Numbered from the stretch's first letter, positions 1 to 10,914 are shown. The stretch is 64,000 nt of DNA from Nitrospinaceae bacterium (GCA_965223665.1 OZ245011.1:608001-672000), one strand, 5' to 3'. The notes: generated by a model not told the origin, from the letters alone. Program-made: numbers and translations.

Positions 1-205
1 TTTTATAAGCCGCAATGTACTCTTTAAGCCGTCGATCTTTTTCTTCCGCTTCCTTTTTTAGTTTTTCAACATAGGTGGGTAAACGTTCTTCTATTTCCGA
101 ATCCTTAATTGATTCATCATCTTCGTTAACCCAGTGACGCTTATCCGTTACCCTGAACTTAGAATCCTCTTCATCTTGGCTTGTTTTGGTTTTGTTTTTT
201 TCCAT
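1..205 (-). CDS. grpE: Nucleotide exchange factor GrpE (5' part; runs off window)
   Basis: Hand translation from ATG at 205: MEKNKTKTSQDEEDSKFRVTDKRHW...PTYVEKLKKEAEEKDRRLKEYIAAYK; coiled-coil start, directly downstream of dnaK. Confidence 0.75.
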   Translation of the reverse strand, partial: MEKNKTKTSQDEEDSKFRVTDKRHWVNEDDESIKDSEIEERLPTYVEKLKKEAEEKDRRLKEYIAAYK

Positions 206-220
206 AGAACGATATAAATC

Positions 221-256
221 AACCTAGAGAGTTTTGGAAAACAAACTCTCTAGGTT
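221..256 (-). terminator. 14-bp perfect hairpin between dnaK and grpE (terminator or mRNA stabiliser)
   Basis: aacctagagagttt / aaactctctaggtt inverted repeat with 8-nt loop. Confidence 0.55.
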
Positions 257-317
257 AGGTTAAAGTAAAATAATGTGGGTTAATATTTAAGTTTAATTGC
301 AATGTTAAAATAAAAAC

Positions 318-2243
318 TTATTTCTTATTGCTAATATCTTCGAACTCGGCATCAACTACATCATCATCTGATTTGTTTGAAGAATCCTCTGGATTAGGTG
401 CAGATGGACCACCATCATTACCATCCGTTTGTCCCTCAGGAGCTTCCTGCTTAGAATAGATTTTTTGTGCCAGATCATGGGAGGCTTTAGTAAGGTTCTC
501 TGTTTGTTCTTTAATTTTTTCAGCGTCATCTTCTTCAACGGCTTTTTTGCTTTCAGAAATAGCATCCTGAACTTCTTTTAAATCGGCTTCTTCTAATTTA
601 TCCTTATTTTCGTTGATAGTTTTTTCAGTATTATAAATTAAAGAATCCAGCTGATTTTTAGCGTCAATTTTTTCACGACGTTCTTTATCTGCTGCAGCAT
701 TCTCCTCAGCATCTTTAACCATATTGTTAATATCTTCCTCACTTAATCCCGTATTATCGGTAATGGTTATTTTTTGCTCTTTATTGGTGCCTTTATCTTT
801 TGCAGAAACATTTAGAATTCCATTGGCATCTATATCGAAAGTAACTTCGATTTGGGGAATACCTCTTGGGGCAGCTGGTATACCATCTAAATGGAATTTA
901 CCTAAAGACCGATTATCCTTGGACATTTCTCTTTCACCTTGAAGAACATTGATTTCAACACTGGGTTGATTATCCGAGGCGGTGGAGAAAGTTTCGCTTT
1001 TTCTTGTTGGAATGGTTGTATTCCGTTCAATCAATTTAGTGGTCACTCCACCCAGAGTTTCAATTCCAAGGGAAAGAGGGGTAACATCCAACAGAAGGAT
1101 GTCTTTTACATCTCCAGCTAAAACACCCGCTTGGACGGCAGCACCCAGCGCAACTACTTCATCCGGGTTTACACCACGGTGAGGTTCGCGATTGAATAGA
1201 TCTTTTACAATTTGCTGTGCTTTGGGAACACGGGTAGAACCACCCACGAGCACTGCCTCGTGAATTTGGTTTGCTTCCAACCCAGCATCTTTTAGAGCTT
1301 TACGACAGGGTTCTTTGGTTCTTTCTAAAAGATCATCCACCATGGATTCAAATTTTGCGCGGGACAGCCGCATATTTAGATGTTTTGGTCCTGTCGCATC
1401 AGCTGTAATGAACGGGAGATTAATATCTGTTTCGTTGGTGGAAGATAATTCCATTTTGGCTTTTTCAGCAGCTTCTTTTAATCTTTGTAAAGCCATATTG
1501 TCATTATTTAAATCTATTCCTGAATCTTTCTTAAACTCGGTCACTAACCAGTCTATGACTCTCTGATCGAGGTTGTCACCACCTAGATGAGTGTCCCCGT
1601 TGGTAGCTTTTACCTCCACTACATTGTCACCCACTTCCAAAATAGAAATATCAAATGTTCCTCCGCCAAAATCATAAACGGCGATCATATGGTCTTTGTT
1701 TTTATCTAACCCATATGCTAGAGCTGAAGCAGTAGGCTCATTAATTATTCTTTTAACCTCCAATCCAGCAATTTTTCCTGCATCTTTTGTGGCCTGTCTT
1801 TGTGCATCATTAAAATAAGCAGGAACAGTAATAACAGCTTCTGTAACAGTCTCACCCAAATAGGTTTCTGCTGATTTTTTTAATTTTTGGAGAATCATTG
1901 CAGAAATCTCAGGGGGACTATATTGTTTTCCCTGAACTTCAATTCGAACATCATTTTTGGGGCCCTTAATAACCTTATAAGGGACCATTTTCATTTCCTC
2001 ACTCACTTCATTAAAAGAACGGCCCATGAATCGCTTAACTGAAAAGACAGTGTTTTCTGGGTTGGCAATGGCTTGTCTTTTAGCAACTTGTCCTACTAAT
2101 ATTTCTCCATCTTTGGTAAAACCCACCACAGAGGGTGTGGTTTGATTGCCTTCCTCATTAACAATAACTTTTGGTTCATTTCCTTCCATAACAGCAACCA
2201 CAGAATTAGTGGTTCCTAAGTCGATTCCAATAATTTTTCCCAT
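318..2243 (-). CDS. dnaK: Chaperone DnaK (Hsp70)
   Basis: [25 protein letters not shown] motifs; 641 aa. Confidence 0.99.
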   Translation of the reverse strand: MGKIIGIDLGTTNSVVAVMEGNEPKVIVNEEGNQTTPSVVGFTKDGEILVGQVAKRQAIANPENTVFSVKRFMGRSFNEVSEEMKMVPYKVIKGPKNDVRIEVQGKQYSPPEISAMILQKLKKSAETYLGETVTEAVITVPAYFNDAQRQATKDAGKIAGLEVKRIINEPTASALAYGLDKNKDHMIAVYDFGGGTFDISILEVGDNVVEVKATNGDTHLGGDNLDQRVIDWLVTEFKKDSGIDLNNDNMALQRLKEAAEKAKMELSSTNETDINLPFITADATGPKHLNMRLSRAKFESMVDDLLERTKEPCRKALKDAGLEANQIHEAVLVGGSTRVPKAQQIVKDLFNREPHRGVNPDEVVALGAAVQAGVLAGDVKDILLLDVTPLSLGIETLGGVTTKLIERNTTIPTRKSETFSTASDNQPSVEINVLQGEREMSKDNRSLGKFHLDGIPAAPRGIPQIEVTFDIDANGILNVSAKDKGTNKEQKITITDNTGLSEEDINNMVKDAEENAAADKERREKIDAKNQLDSLIYNTEKTINENKDKLEEADLKEVQDAISESKKAVEEDDAEKIKEQTENLTKASHDLAQKIYSKQEAPEGQTDGNDGGPSAPNPEDSSNKSDDDVVDAEFEDISNKK

Positions 2244-2491
2244 TGGGCGTTCCTTTCAATTTTAAATTAAGCAATATATATAAAAACGGATTTCGTTAAT
2301 TTCAATTTTGCTTTACACTAAATTAATAGCCAGTTAATAAATAAAATTTGAAAAGAGGTTAGTCAAGGTTACAAGTGAAAATAATCAGAAAAAATGCGAT
2401 GGGCTCTTGTTTCATAAGATTTTGTTTTTAAAGGGCTTAGTGGTTTCAGGGGGATTGGGAATTATTAAAATTTCAATTTTTAGGTGCTTTT

Positions 2492-2878
2492 GTGACTACA
2501 AATAATCAGGATAATCACAGAGAGTTTTCCCGTGTTCCTCTTTGTATTGAGGCGATTGTTCAAACCGAAGAAACACAAGTTAGATCAGAGAATACCCGTG
2601 ACATTAGTATGAAAGGAATTTTCATTGTTACTGACCACCCAGTACCCTTAAGAACATTGTGCGAAATCACTCTGGTTTTAAAAGGTCAGGAAAATCCGAT
2701 AAAAGTCGAAATCAGAGGGATGGTAGTAAGATCTACAGATGAAGGTATAGGATTACAGTTTACGGAATTAGCCTTGGAAGCTTATGACCATCTACAAAAT
2801 ATGGTTAAGTTAAATTCACCAGATCCGGATCAGGTAGAACAAGAATTTAAGGAACATCTTGGATTAAAGAAAAGATAA
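2492..2878 (+). CDS. PilZ domain protein
   Basis: RxxxR (REFSR) and DISxxG (DISMKG) motifs. Confidence 0.85.
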   Translation: MTTNNQDNHREFSRVPLCIEAIVQTEETQVRSENTRDISMKGIFIVTDHPVPLRTLCEITLVLKGQENPIKVEIRGMVVRSTDEGIGLQFTELALEAYDHLQNMVKLNSPDPDQVEQEFKEHLGLKKR

Positions 2879-2920
2879 TAATTTTAAATCTTTATTGAAG
2901 ATTTAAAAAAAAATTAGAGT

Positions 2921-3361
2921 CTAGGTTTCAAAAACCGTGATACCGAATTCTGAATCTGAGCTTTCAAAACAAACTTGAGTAAGAATCTTTTTGGGGAGTG
3001 ACTCTAAATCTATATTGGGTGAAATTAACTCTGGAAGGGAAAGAACTGAAGGCTCTGGGACTAATCCTTTAATATTTCCACCAATCATATTAGCCAATTC
3101 AGCCAGCGTTTCGTTTTTATCTTCTTGTGTTGATTCATCTTCGCCAAGTGAGAACATTTTTTGTGTGGCAACTTTTAATAGAAGTGGTGCAATATTTAAA
3201 ATAATGTCCCCATTCCATTGACCAGAAATTTTTATTCGAACTTTGGGTTGTTGGGCGTTTTTTAATTCTACAGGTTTATCAATAGGATTTACTTCTATTC
3301 CTAAAACTGAATTACAAATCATTTTTGCAAATTCGGTGATTTCTTTTTCAAGAAACTGCAT
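2921..3361 (-). CDS. cheX: Chemotaxis phosphatase CheX family protein
   Basis: ELANMIGGNIK ExxN motif, LSLP, I.G.W.G strand. Confidence 0.85.
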   Translation of the reverse strand: MQFLEKEITEFAKMICNSVLGIEVNPIDKPVELKNAQQPKVRIKISGQWNGDIILNIAPLLLKVATQKMFSLGEDESTQEDKNETLAELANMIGGNIKGLVPEPSVLSLPELISPNIDLESLPKKILTQVCFESSDSEFGITVFET

Positions 3362-3363
3362 CG

Positions 3364-3825
3364 TTATTTTCCTGTTCCATTCTCAGCTTTTTTTACCATC
3401 GTCACTACAAAAGGGACTTCTTCGCACTTGAAGGTTAGCATGGCAATTAATTCACTTCCAGGAATTCGGAGTTCAAAGTCCGTAACGGCAACCGTAGGAA
3501 GAGAAAGATAACAAGGTTCCGGGAGAAGAGACTTAATATTTCCTCCTGTCATATTTGCTAATTCTCCTAAAGCGTCACGAATATCATCCGTGGTTGACTC
3601 ATCCTCTGCTTGCGAGAACATGATCCCTGCAGCTTTTTTAGCTAATCCCATTGGACATGTAACGGCTATTGTTCCTTGCCATTCGCCTGTAATATGAACA
3701 CACCCTGCCAAAGTATTTTCTTTGCCATTTGGTTTAAATGGTATGTCACTAGGGCTTACCTCTAAGTCCAGGGTATTCTTCCAAATGGATTCGGTAAAAT
3801 CTTTTATTTCATTTTCAAAACTCAT
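3364..3825 (-). CDS. cheX: Chemotaxis phosphatase CheX family protein
   Basis: DALGELANMTGGNIK, LSLPTV. Confidence 0.9.
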   Translation of the reverse strand: MSFENEIKDFTESIWKNTLDLEVSPSDIPFKPNGKENTLAGCVHITGEWQGTIAVTCPMGLAKKAAGIMFSQAEDESTTDDIRDALGELANMTGGNIKSLLPEPCYLSLPTVAVTDFELRIPGSELIAMLTFKCEEVPFVVTMVKKAENGTGK

Positions 3826-4649
3826 TATGCGCCTCGAATTTTATAGCAGCCGGATTGTTGTATTTGGATGCGCTCAAAAGAATTGTCCAAATTCAAGGTG
3901 GATTCAGCTGCTCCTAAAAATAAATAACCATCGGGTCTTAAAACATTTTTTAGTTGGGACAAAATTTTCTTTTTCATTTCAACGTCAAAATAGATTAATA
4001 CATTTCTTAAAAAAATAATGTCGAATTTGGGTAACAGCGGAAAGGGTTTAGAAAGATTGATTTTTTGAAAATCAATTAATTTTCTAAATTCTTCTTTAAT
4101 AACCCACTCCATACCCTGACGCGTGAAATGTTTGACCAATAGGGGAGCTGGTAGTCCTCGGTTTACTTCCAATTGAGTGAATGCCCCTCTTTTGCATCGA
4201 TTGAGCATTTCATCGGAAATGTCACTGGCCATAAATTTGATTTTCCAAGAATTTAATTGTGGGAAATCATTTCTTAATACCAAAGCAATCGTATAAGGTT
4301 CTTGACCGCTGGAACTTGCTCCACACCAAATGTTTAATTCTCTCTTAGAAGTCCGTTTTTCAATTATATCAGGCAATACCATTTTCTTTAGTGTTTCAAA
4401 AGGGTGAATGTCCCTAAAAAAAGAAGTCTCATTGGTAGTTAAAGCATCCACAACCTTATCTTGTAAACCATTTGCTGATGAACCTCGTAATTCTTTAACC
4501 AAATCTTCAATAGAAGAAAATTTTTCTTGATTTAAAAGGGGCAGCATCCTGGACTCAACTAGGTATTCTTTTCCCGGCTCAAGAACTATGGCAGATTTTT
4601 CCAAAACCAATTTTCGGATGTAATCAAAATCCCCTTGCTTTATGGCCAT
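3825..4649 (-). CDS. cheR: Chemotaxis methyltransferase CheR
   Basis: TTNETSFFRD, SSGQEPY, FLRNVLIYFD. Confidence 0.97.
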   Translation of the reverse strand: MAIKQGDFDYIRKLVLEKSAIVLEPGKEYLVESRMLPLLNQEKFSSIEDLVKELRGSSANGLQDKVVDALTTNETSFFRDIHPFETLKKMVLPDIIEKRTSKRELNIWCGASSSGQEPYTIALVLRNDFPQLNSWKIKFMASDISDEMLNRCKRGAFTQLEVNRGLPAPLLVKHFTRQGMEWVIKEEFRKLIDFQKINLSKPFPLLPKFDIIFLRNVLIYFDVEMKKKILSQLKNVLRPDGYLFLGAAESTLNLDNSFERIQIQQSGCYKIRGA

Positions 4650-4992
4650 CTATATTTACCTATCTAAAAATAATTTAAACAACTTTTTAATTATAAAAGT
4701 TGTAAGATTCTTTGATTTTTCATTTAACTGTTTTACTTCAAAACTACTGTTCATATTTAAGCTTTGATTTTTTGGGGTGGGATTTTCTGGGTATAGATTT
4801 TGCTGTAATTTCAAATAAAGATTATTGTTAAATTTGATTTTTAAGAAGGAAGTTTCCAGTTTAATGTATTGATGTTTAAAATTTGGAAACTTGAAAGAAA
4901 AAGCGATGCTAGCAATATCTCTAAACATAAAACGCCAACAGACTCCAGTCAAAATAGTTAACCCCAAAAAGCATTGTTGAAACCTGATCTTG

Positions 4993-5364
4993 TTAAGCCA
5001 CTGAAATGCCCATTAAGGATAACTTCTCCAAGATCATTTCTTTTGTGAAAGGTTTCATCAAATATTCATTTGCTCCTGCTTTCAACGCTTTGATGACTTG
5101 AGACATTTCTGTTTCTGTTGTAACCATCATCATTTGCATATCATTCAATTCAGCATTTTTTCTTACTTCACAAATGAATTCATACCCATTCATTTCTGGC
5201 ATATTCCAATCCACCAGAGCCAAATCCATTTTTCCTTCATCTCGTATGCAATCTAAAGCTTTAAGGCCGTTTTCCGCCCCAAAAACAGAAAATCCGATTT
5301 CTTTTAAAATTTTAGTCAAAATAATTCTTATTGCTTTTGAATCATCTATTACCAATGCACGCAC
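4993..5364 (-). CDS. cheY: CheY-like single-domain response regulator
   Basis: VIDDS, DWNMPEMNG, YLMKPF receiver motifs; chemotaxis context. Confidence 0.88.
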   Translation of the reverse strand: MRALVIDDSKAIRIILTKILKEIGFSVFGAENGLKALDCIRDEGKMDLALVDWNMPEMNGYEFICEVRKNAELNDMQMMMVTTETEMSQVIKALKAGANEYLMKPFTKEMILEKLSLMGISVA

Positions 5365-5605
5365 TAATTTCTCTCCAAGTATTCACCTTGATAGGAAAGG
5401 TAATTTTAATCTGTTAACTTATTGGCAAAAAAGCTAGTTATAACCCCTAGATTTTAGGCTAAAGTTTTATTAGAAACCTGTCAAATGAAAAAAGGAAAGA
5501 TTTCAGAAGAACTTGTAGAACCAATTAAAATAGGTTAAAAAAATGGAGAAATTCCAAAAAAGAAAATTAAATAGGTTTTAAAAGCAAATTGAAATTGAAA
5601 AGGAG

Positions 5606-5625
5606 AAGGGGCCTTTGGGCCCCTT
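5606..5625 (-). terminator. Intrinsic terminator downstream of the forD/porD-like gene
   Basis: aaggggcc/ggcccctt 8-bp stem followed by a pyrimidine-rich tract on the minus strand. Confidence 0.7.
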
Positions 5626-5631
5626 AATTTT

Positions 5632-6363
5632 TTATTCGGAGTGTTCGTTAATTCCTTCCGCCAGTTCACCCATGAAAAGTGTGGCATCTTCTTTAGAAGG
5701 AGCGGCATTTTTTCTCTTATTTTCGGCTATTTCTTCAAGTTCCTCCTTGCCTTCAGGAGTATGAGCCCAAGGAGTAATAGTTTCCTTTGCTTTTTTTATG
5801 GCTTCTGTAATTCTTATAAGCTTACCAGAATCTAAATCTCGAAGTGATAGAAGAGCGTCTTCATGCCCATCGTAGGCACACCAAGCCTGAGTATAGCAAT
5901 TAGTATTGGCGCGAATCATTTTTAATGTGATATTCGCAAAATGACAGTGGACTCCAATAAGAGCACAAACATGTATTTTATTATGCTGAATTGTTAAGTT
6001 AGGGTGACAAGGATTAATCACCGCTTCAGGATCAATTTTGGGATAAATGGGTCGGTAATCGGGCATTGGAATAATATTCATACCCGGGACCTCTTTTACC
6101 AAATTTAGGGCCAATTCCGCTTTATGTCTGGTTTCTTCATTCCATCCCCATAACAACATTGGGCCAGGGAACAAGGTGGGGTTTCTCAAGGTCAACAATT
6201 TGTGGGCGGCTACTTCCAAAGCCTTTTCTTCTGTTACTTTCTCACCCTCAACCAGTTCCATTCCGGTGCCTTTATCCGGGTGAAAAATTCCCATAGATGC
6301 CGCAGATGGGGGTAAAAAACCAGCGGGACCTAATTCTAACTTTGGCATTCTAAAAACCTCCAA
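5632..6363 (-). CDS. Delta subunit of five-subunit 2-oxoacid:ferredoxin oxidoreductase (ForD/PorD-like, CODH-beta family); start may be ATG at 6348
   Basis: PAGFLPPSAASMG, NPTLFPGP, MPDYRPIYPKIDPEAVINPCHPNLTI, GVHCHFAN motifs recognised from Aquificae/Nitrospira-type POR/FOR delta subunits. Confidence 0.8.
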   Translation of the reverse strand: MEVFRMPKLELGPAGFLPPSAASMGIFHPDKGTGMELVEGEKVTEEKALEVAAHKLLTLRNPTLFPGPMLLWGWNEETRHKAELALNLVKEVPGMNIIPMPDYRPIYPKIDPEAVINPCHPNLTIQHNKIHVCALIGVHCHFANITLKMIRANTNCYTQAWCAYDGHEDALLSLRDLDSGKLIRITEAIKKAKETITPWAHTPEGKEELEEIAENKRKNAAPSKEDATLFMGELAEGINEHSE

Positions 6364-6570
6364 TAATATTTTGATTTAAGTTTCCGTAATTTTTGGGAAA
6401 CGACTATGAATTTTTATTTAGGGCCTTTAAGAGATTAAATTAATGAATTCAATAACTTAAAGGGAATAATATTAATTTTGGTAGTATAAAATTCTAAACA
6501 GTGAATACTATTATCAAAAGCGGTTACTGTCAATAAATAATTGATATTGGAGTTCAACGGTCTTGTACAG

Positions 6571-7221
6571 TTAGTCCCCCGTCAATTTTGAATTAGATTT
6601 CCAATTATAGGGTGATTTATACCAATTACTGATTAGATCTTTTTGTTGCGGTGTGATTGCACTAAAATTCTCAGCGTATTGAATTAAAGAGGGGAAATCT
6701 AATATTGAATTCAGATGGCAATTGATTTGAGAAAAATTTCTTTCGGCTTCTTCAAACCCATAATTAAAAATACAAAAACAGTGATTAACTTTTCCACCCT
6801 TTTCTTTTATTGCCGATATAGCTTTTATAGCGCTTCCCCCTGTAGAAACTAAATCCTCAATCAATAAAACAGATTGGCCCACTTTCAAAACTCCTTCAAT
6901 TTGATTTTTTAAACCGTGCTCTTTGGGGGAAGGTCGTACATAAATCAAAGGAATTTTCATAAGATTAGCTAAGGTGGTTGCATGGGGAATTCCAGCAGTT
7001 GCCGTACCGGCAACAACATCAACAGCAATATTTTTTTCTTTAACTAGATTTAAAAGAGCATTTCCAACCAAAATTCTATGCTCTGCATTTCCCAGTAAAA
7101 GACGGTTATCGTTATAAATTGGCATTTGATACCCAGAAGCCCAGGTAAAAGGCTGCTCAGGGTTAATTTTTATGGCACCAATTTCTAAAGCTACTTTTGC
7201 CAATTCTTGTGAAAAATTCAA
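6571..7221 (-). CDS. pyrE: Orotate phosphoribosyltransferase
   Basis: FTWASG, PRPP-binding LIEDLVSTGGS. Confidence 0.95.
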   Translation of the reverse strand: MNFSQELAKVALEIGAIKINPEQPFTWASGYQMPIYNDNRLLLGNAEHRILVGNALLNLVKEKNIAVDVVAGTATAGIPHATTLANLMKIPLIYVRPSPKEHGLKNQIEGVLKVGQSVLLIEDLVSTGGSAIKAISAIKEKGGKVNHCFCIFNYGFEEAERNFSQINCHLNSILDFPSLIQYAENFSAITPQQKDLISNWYKSPYNWKSNSKLTGD

Positions 7222-7247
7222 ATGAGTGTACCTATGAAAAAATGGTT

Positions 7248-9500
7248 TTAAAAGGTTCTATGGATAAAAGACTCTCCTCGAGCCCCATTCAAATTACCCA
7301 GTCCGCGAAGTTGAATGCTAAATAATACTTTGGTTTCAGTTGTGTTGACGGTTCCATTTATATTTCTCCTGTTGATGAAGTCTACGGTAAACCCCCAGCA
7401 CTCGCAAAAATTATTAAAGGTTAAGCGAGCATTATGCTCCAGAAATCTCTCGTTGAATTCATCATAACGTGCACTATATTTGAAATTCCACCCATGAGGA
7501 AAATTAAGATCGATGGTTCCAAGCATGCTTGCCAATTGATTATGGATATGTCTTCTTTCAAATATAAACATCATCCATTTATTAGGTCGAATGCCAATAT
7601 CAAAATTAAAAGTCTCCACCACTCCATCGTAAAAATTAAAGGTAGAGTCAAAGTTGAACATAAAATATTTAAGGAATCGACTGTCAAAGTCAAACCTTAA
7701 ATTTGAAAAAGGACGGCGGGGTGTAAGAGGGGTTTCCATTCGCGAGGCTTCCAAAAAATCATAACTTTGGCTAATTTCAAAACGAGCAATTTGTTGGACC
7801 TCCGAGGTCCCAGAATTTTTTGTGACTTTTTGAAGCAAGCGTTGAGTTATAAAATATGTTACACGGTTTGTTTCTCCAAAAGTGTCAACAGCATCGATTA
7901 CTCGAATTCGATTTATATCATCACCATCCATGTCAGGAATAAAATCATATTGAATTCTTGGTTCAATAACATGTTTGAATTGATAACCTGTATTTTTTAT
8001 AGAAAATATTCTGTTGAACTTGGGTCCTTCTAAAATAGCCGCTAAATCAAAAAGCTCCCGGACAAAACTTCCTCCTTCTGATTTCATTTTGGTGATGTCA
8101 TTAAAATTCACTTCTTTGTTGTAATATGTACCTCTAAATCCAAAACGAGTTGTGAACTGCATCCAGGGAGCGATATTGAAGGGCAGGGCGATTTGCGGAT
8201 GAAAATCTATTCTATGAATTGTGTCTAACTCATCGTTACCGGAGTCTGCGTCTAAATCTATGAGAAATTGATTATAGCTTGTGTCTTGATTGAAATAGAT
8301 TCCCAAGTTACCTAATTCTAAAGGTTGGGTTTTAAAAGTTGCTCCCGGGAGAATTCCATAAGTATCATCTCTACTCTCCTCTTCACTTTCCCGAAAGCGA
8401 GCCAAGACGTCAAATGAGTGGTTATCTCTTTTTCCAAACAGGGAAAGAAAAGAATCGGAACTTCGTCTTGTTCGATTTTCTGTGGCGTTTCTAAAAGTTT
8501 TATTGAAATTTGCTTTTGAGGTTTGATCTAGTTTTGCATTTAGTTGAAATCCTTTTGAAAGTTTTTGGTTATGAACTCCATCTACTTTCCAAAATAATTC
8601 CCCGGTGCGATTATCATCTAAAATAACACCATTAAATTGCCCTTTTGTTGTTTTGCTAGGGATATAACGATATTCTAAGGATCCTCGGACTCCTCGTTCG
8701 GTCATAACATCCGCTCCGATGGTCGCATCTGACCATTGGTTTATTGCCCAGTAAAAGCGATTTCCTATTAAAAAGCCATCCAAATTCCCAACGCCAATTT
8801 TTGGGGTAAGAAATCCTGATTTTCTTTTTGTCGAAATAGGGACATAACCAATAGGTAAATATAATATGGGTATATCCCTAACTTTTAAAACTCCACCTTT
8901 AAATAAAGCACGGTCTTCTAATTTGATATCTGCTTCATCCACTTCAATGATCCAATCAGGCAACTTTCCTGTACAAGTGGTTAAAGTTGCTTTTTCGGTT
9001 TGATAATGATCTTTGGATAATTTATTAAACTTTTCTCCGGTTACATTGTAAAGATTTGCAAGTTTTCCTTTTACGTTAAACAACTGACCTTTTTGCGATT
9101 TCATATTGAAGTTGGCTTGTTTTGCTTTTAAAACAGAACCATCTTCATCCGTCATGATTACTTTTCCCTTAGCCTGTCCCTTACCGGTTTCTGTATTTAA
9201 AATCATCTCCTGAGCTTTGACAGTTCTTTTTCCATAACGTACAAACACACGACCTTTTGCTTTTACCAGGTTTTTTTTTGCTAAATGAATCATGTGGTCC
9301 GCTGAAATGTGGACAGGCAAGTCCTTTTGAGAAGAAGTCGATTTTGTTGAATTCTTTGAAGGTGGTTTTGGAGAGGAATTTTCTTTCTGAAGAGGAGATT
9401 TATAACTCTCAGCGAAAGCGAAAGAACAAAAACTAAAACCAATAAAGACCCCAAGTGTTGCGCAACAAAGAAAATAGGTTTTTAAATGTTTAATTTTCAA
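7248..9500 (-). CDS. lptD: LPS assembly protein LptD (likely start TTG at ~9500 rather than 9575)
   Basis: Signal peptide, OstA-like N-domain, TTC..PDW, RKSGFLTP, KHVIEP, C-terminal barrel with CECWG. Confidence 0.9.
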   Translation of the reverse strand: MKIKHLKTYFLCCATLGVFIGFSFCSFAFAESYKSPLQKENSSPKPPSKNSTKSTSSQKDLPVHISADHMIHLAKKNLVKAKGRVFVRYGKRTVKAQEMILNTETGKGQAKGKVIMTDEDGSVLKAKQANFNMKSQKGQLFNVKGKLANLYNVTGEKFNKLSKDHYQTEKATLTTCTGKLPDWIIEVDEADIKLEDRALFKGGVLKVRDIPILYLPIGYVPISTKRKSGFLTPKIGVGNLDGFLIGNRFYWAINQWSDATIGADVMTERGVRGSLEYRYIPSKTTKGQFNGVILDDNRTGELFWKVDGVHNQKLSKGFQLNAKLDQTSKANFNKTFRNATENRTRRSSDSFLSLFGKRDNHSFDVLARFRESEEESRDDTYGILPGATFKTQPLELGNLGIYFNQDTSYNQFLIDLDADSGNDELDTIHRIDFHPQIALPFNIAPWMQFTTRFGFRGTYYNKEVNFNDITKMKSEGGSFVRELFDLAAILEGPKFNRIFSIKNTGYQFKHVIEPRIQYDFIPDMDGDDINRIRVIDAVDTFGETNRVTYFITQRLLQKVTKNSGTSEVQQIARFEISQSYDFLEASRMETPLTPRRPFSNLRFDFDSRFLKYFMFNFDSTFNFYDGVVETFNFDIGIRPNKWMMFIFERRHIHNQLASMLGTIDLNFPHGWNFKYSARYDEFNERFLEHNARLTFNNFCECWGFTVDFINRRNINGTVNTTETKVLFSIQLRGLGNLNGARGESFIHRTF

Positions 9501-10767
9501 GAATTTTCCTAGCTTCTGCGATAGTAAATATCGAACCAGTAATACAAATCCAACTATTCTCTTTGCACAATTCAAGGGCAGCCTTAATTGCTTTCGGCAT
9601 TTCTTCTATTATTTCAAAAGGTTTGCCCTTGCGGATTATAATATCCCTAATGTCCTCAGGAGAAACACTTCTTTCATTTTTTGGTTTGGTTAATATGTAA
9701 TAATCGGCTATATCTGAAATAAAATCAATCATTTCAGTATGTGGTTTATCCTTCATAACCCCAAAAATAACTATTCCGGGCTGATTTGGGAATAATTCGT
9801 TAATGGTTTTCGCTAAATTTTCACAGCCTTTTAGATTATGGGCACAATCTAAAATAACTTTCGGATTTTCTTGAATGATTTCAAGGCGCCCAGGCCAAAG
9901 AGTTTGAAATATTCCCTTTTGAATGCATTCTTCCGAGATGAATTTTTTATTTTTGGAAAGGGCTAAACAAGCAGCTATAGCTGTGCTGGCATTATTTGCT
10001 TGAAATTTTCCGATCAATCGAGAGTTGAGTTTATTAAATTCAAAGTTGAATCCGGAAAAATTAAAATTTAGGACCTCAGAATTCTGAAAATTAACTTTTG
10101 AAAAAAAATCTTTTCCTAAGCTAAAAACAGGAGATTGACTTAATTTGGCTTGTTTGCTTACCACTTCAAGTAAACTGGATTGGGAAAAACCGGTGATAAC
10201 CGTGCACGAGTTTTTAATTATTGAAGCTTTTTCAAAGGCAATATCAGTTAGTTTTGATCCAAGACTTGATTCGTGATCGCGAGAAATATTTGTTATAACG
10301 CAAACTTCTCCTTGGCATAAATTTGTGGCGTCCAATCGTCCTCCCATGCCGACCTCAATTACATTGAAGTCTGTCTGGCTTTCAAAAAAATAGAGGAAAG
10401 CAAGGATGGCACTAAATTCAAAGTAAGTTGGTTTGATTTTAAGAATTGATGAAGCTTTTTGAATCCTAAGAGTTAAATTAATTAAATTCTCCTCTGAAAT
10501 CAGTTCCCCATTTATTTGAAGCCTTTCTCTAAAATCATTAAGGTGAGGAGAAGTGAATAATCCAATGCGATAACCTGCGGCTTTTAAAATTGATGCTGCA
10601 AAAGAAGCGGTTGAACCTTTACCGTTAGTTCCTGCGATATGGATCGTACGTATTTTCAGTTGAGGATTATCAAAATGAATTAAAAGTCGCCGGGTATTTT
10701 CCAAGCCTAATTTAATACCACGGTTTGCAAGCGAAAAAATATAATCTATTGTTTCTTGGTAGTTCAT
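9490..10767 (-). CDS. folC: Bifunctional folylpolyglutamate/dihydrofolate synthase
   Basis: HIAGTNGKGS, EVGMGGRLDATN, WPGRLE, LDCAHN. Confidence 0.97.
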   Translation of the reverse strand: MNYQETIDYIFSLANRGIKLGLENTRRLLIHFDNPQLKIRTIHIAGTNGKGSTASFAASILKAAGYRIGLFTSPHLNDFRERLQINGELISEENLINLTLRIQKASSILKIKPTYFEFSAILAFLYFFESQTDFNVIEVGMGGRLDATNLCQGEVCVITNISRDHESSLGSKLTDIAFEKASIIKNSCTVITGFSQSSLLEVVSKQAKLSQSPVFSLGKDFFSKVNFQNSEVLNFNFSGFNFEFNKLNSRLIGKFQANNASTAIAACLALSKNKKFISEECIQKGIFQTLWPGRLEIIQENPKVILDCAHNLKGCENLAKTINELFPNQPGIVIFGVMKDKPHTEMIDFISDIADYYILTKPKNERSVSPEDIRDIIIRKGKPFEIIEEMPKAIKAALELCKENSWICITGSIFTIAEARKILEN

Positions 10768-10914
10768 TTATTGATCGCTGGAAATAAGTGGTTTAATTGG
10801 ATTGGTAAAGAATGTAAAGTAAGAAATGAATTTAATTGATTTTATTTAACAATATTAATTAAAAAACCATAAAATATAGCAAGATTACTATTAAAAATTC
10901 AATATTACTATTTT

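Noticed and set aside
2244-2491. CIRCE operator upstream of dnaK
   Set aside because: No TTAGCACTC-N9-GAGTGCTAA match found
4656-4967. 103-aa ORF between cheY and cheR
   Set aside because: K/N/F/L-rich composition typical of AT-rich non-coding DNA; TTG start and no motif
9501-9575. N-terminal extension of lptD in the ORF track
   Set aside because: Overlaps folC by 86 nt; the signal peptide fits a start near 9500
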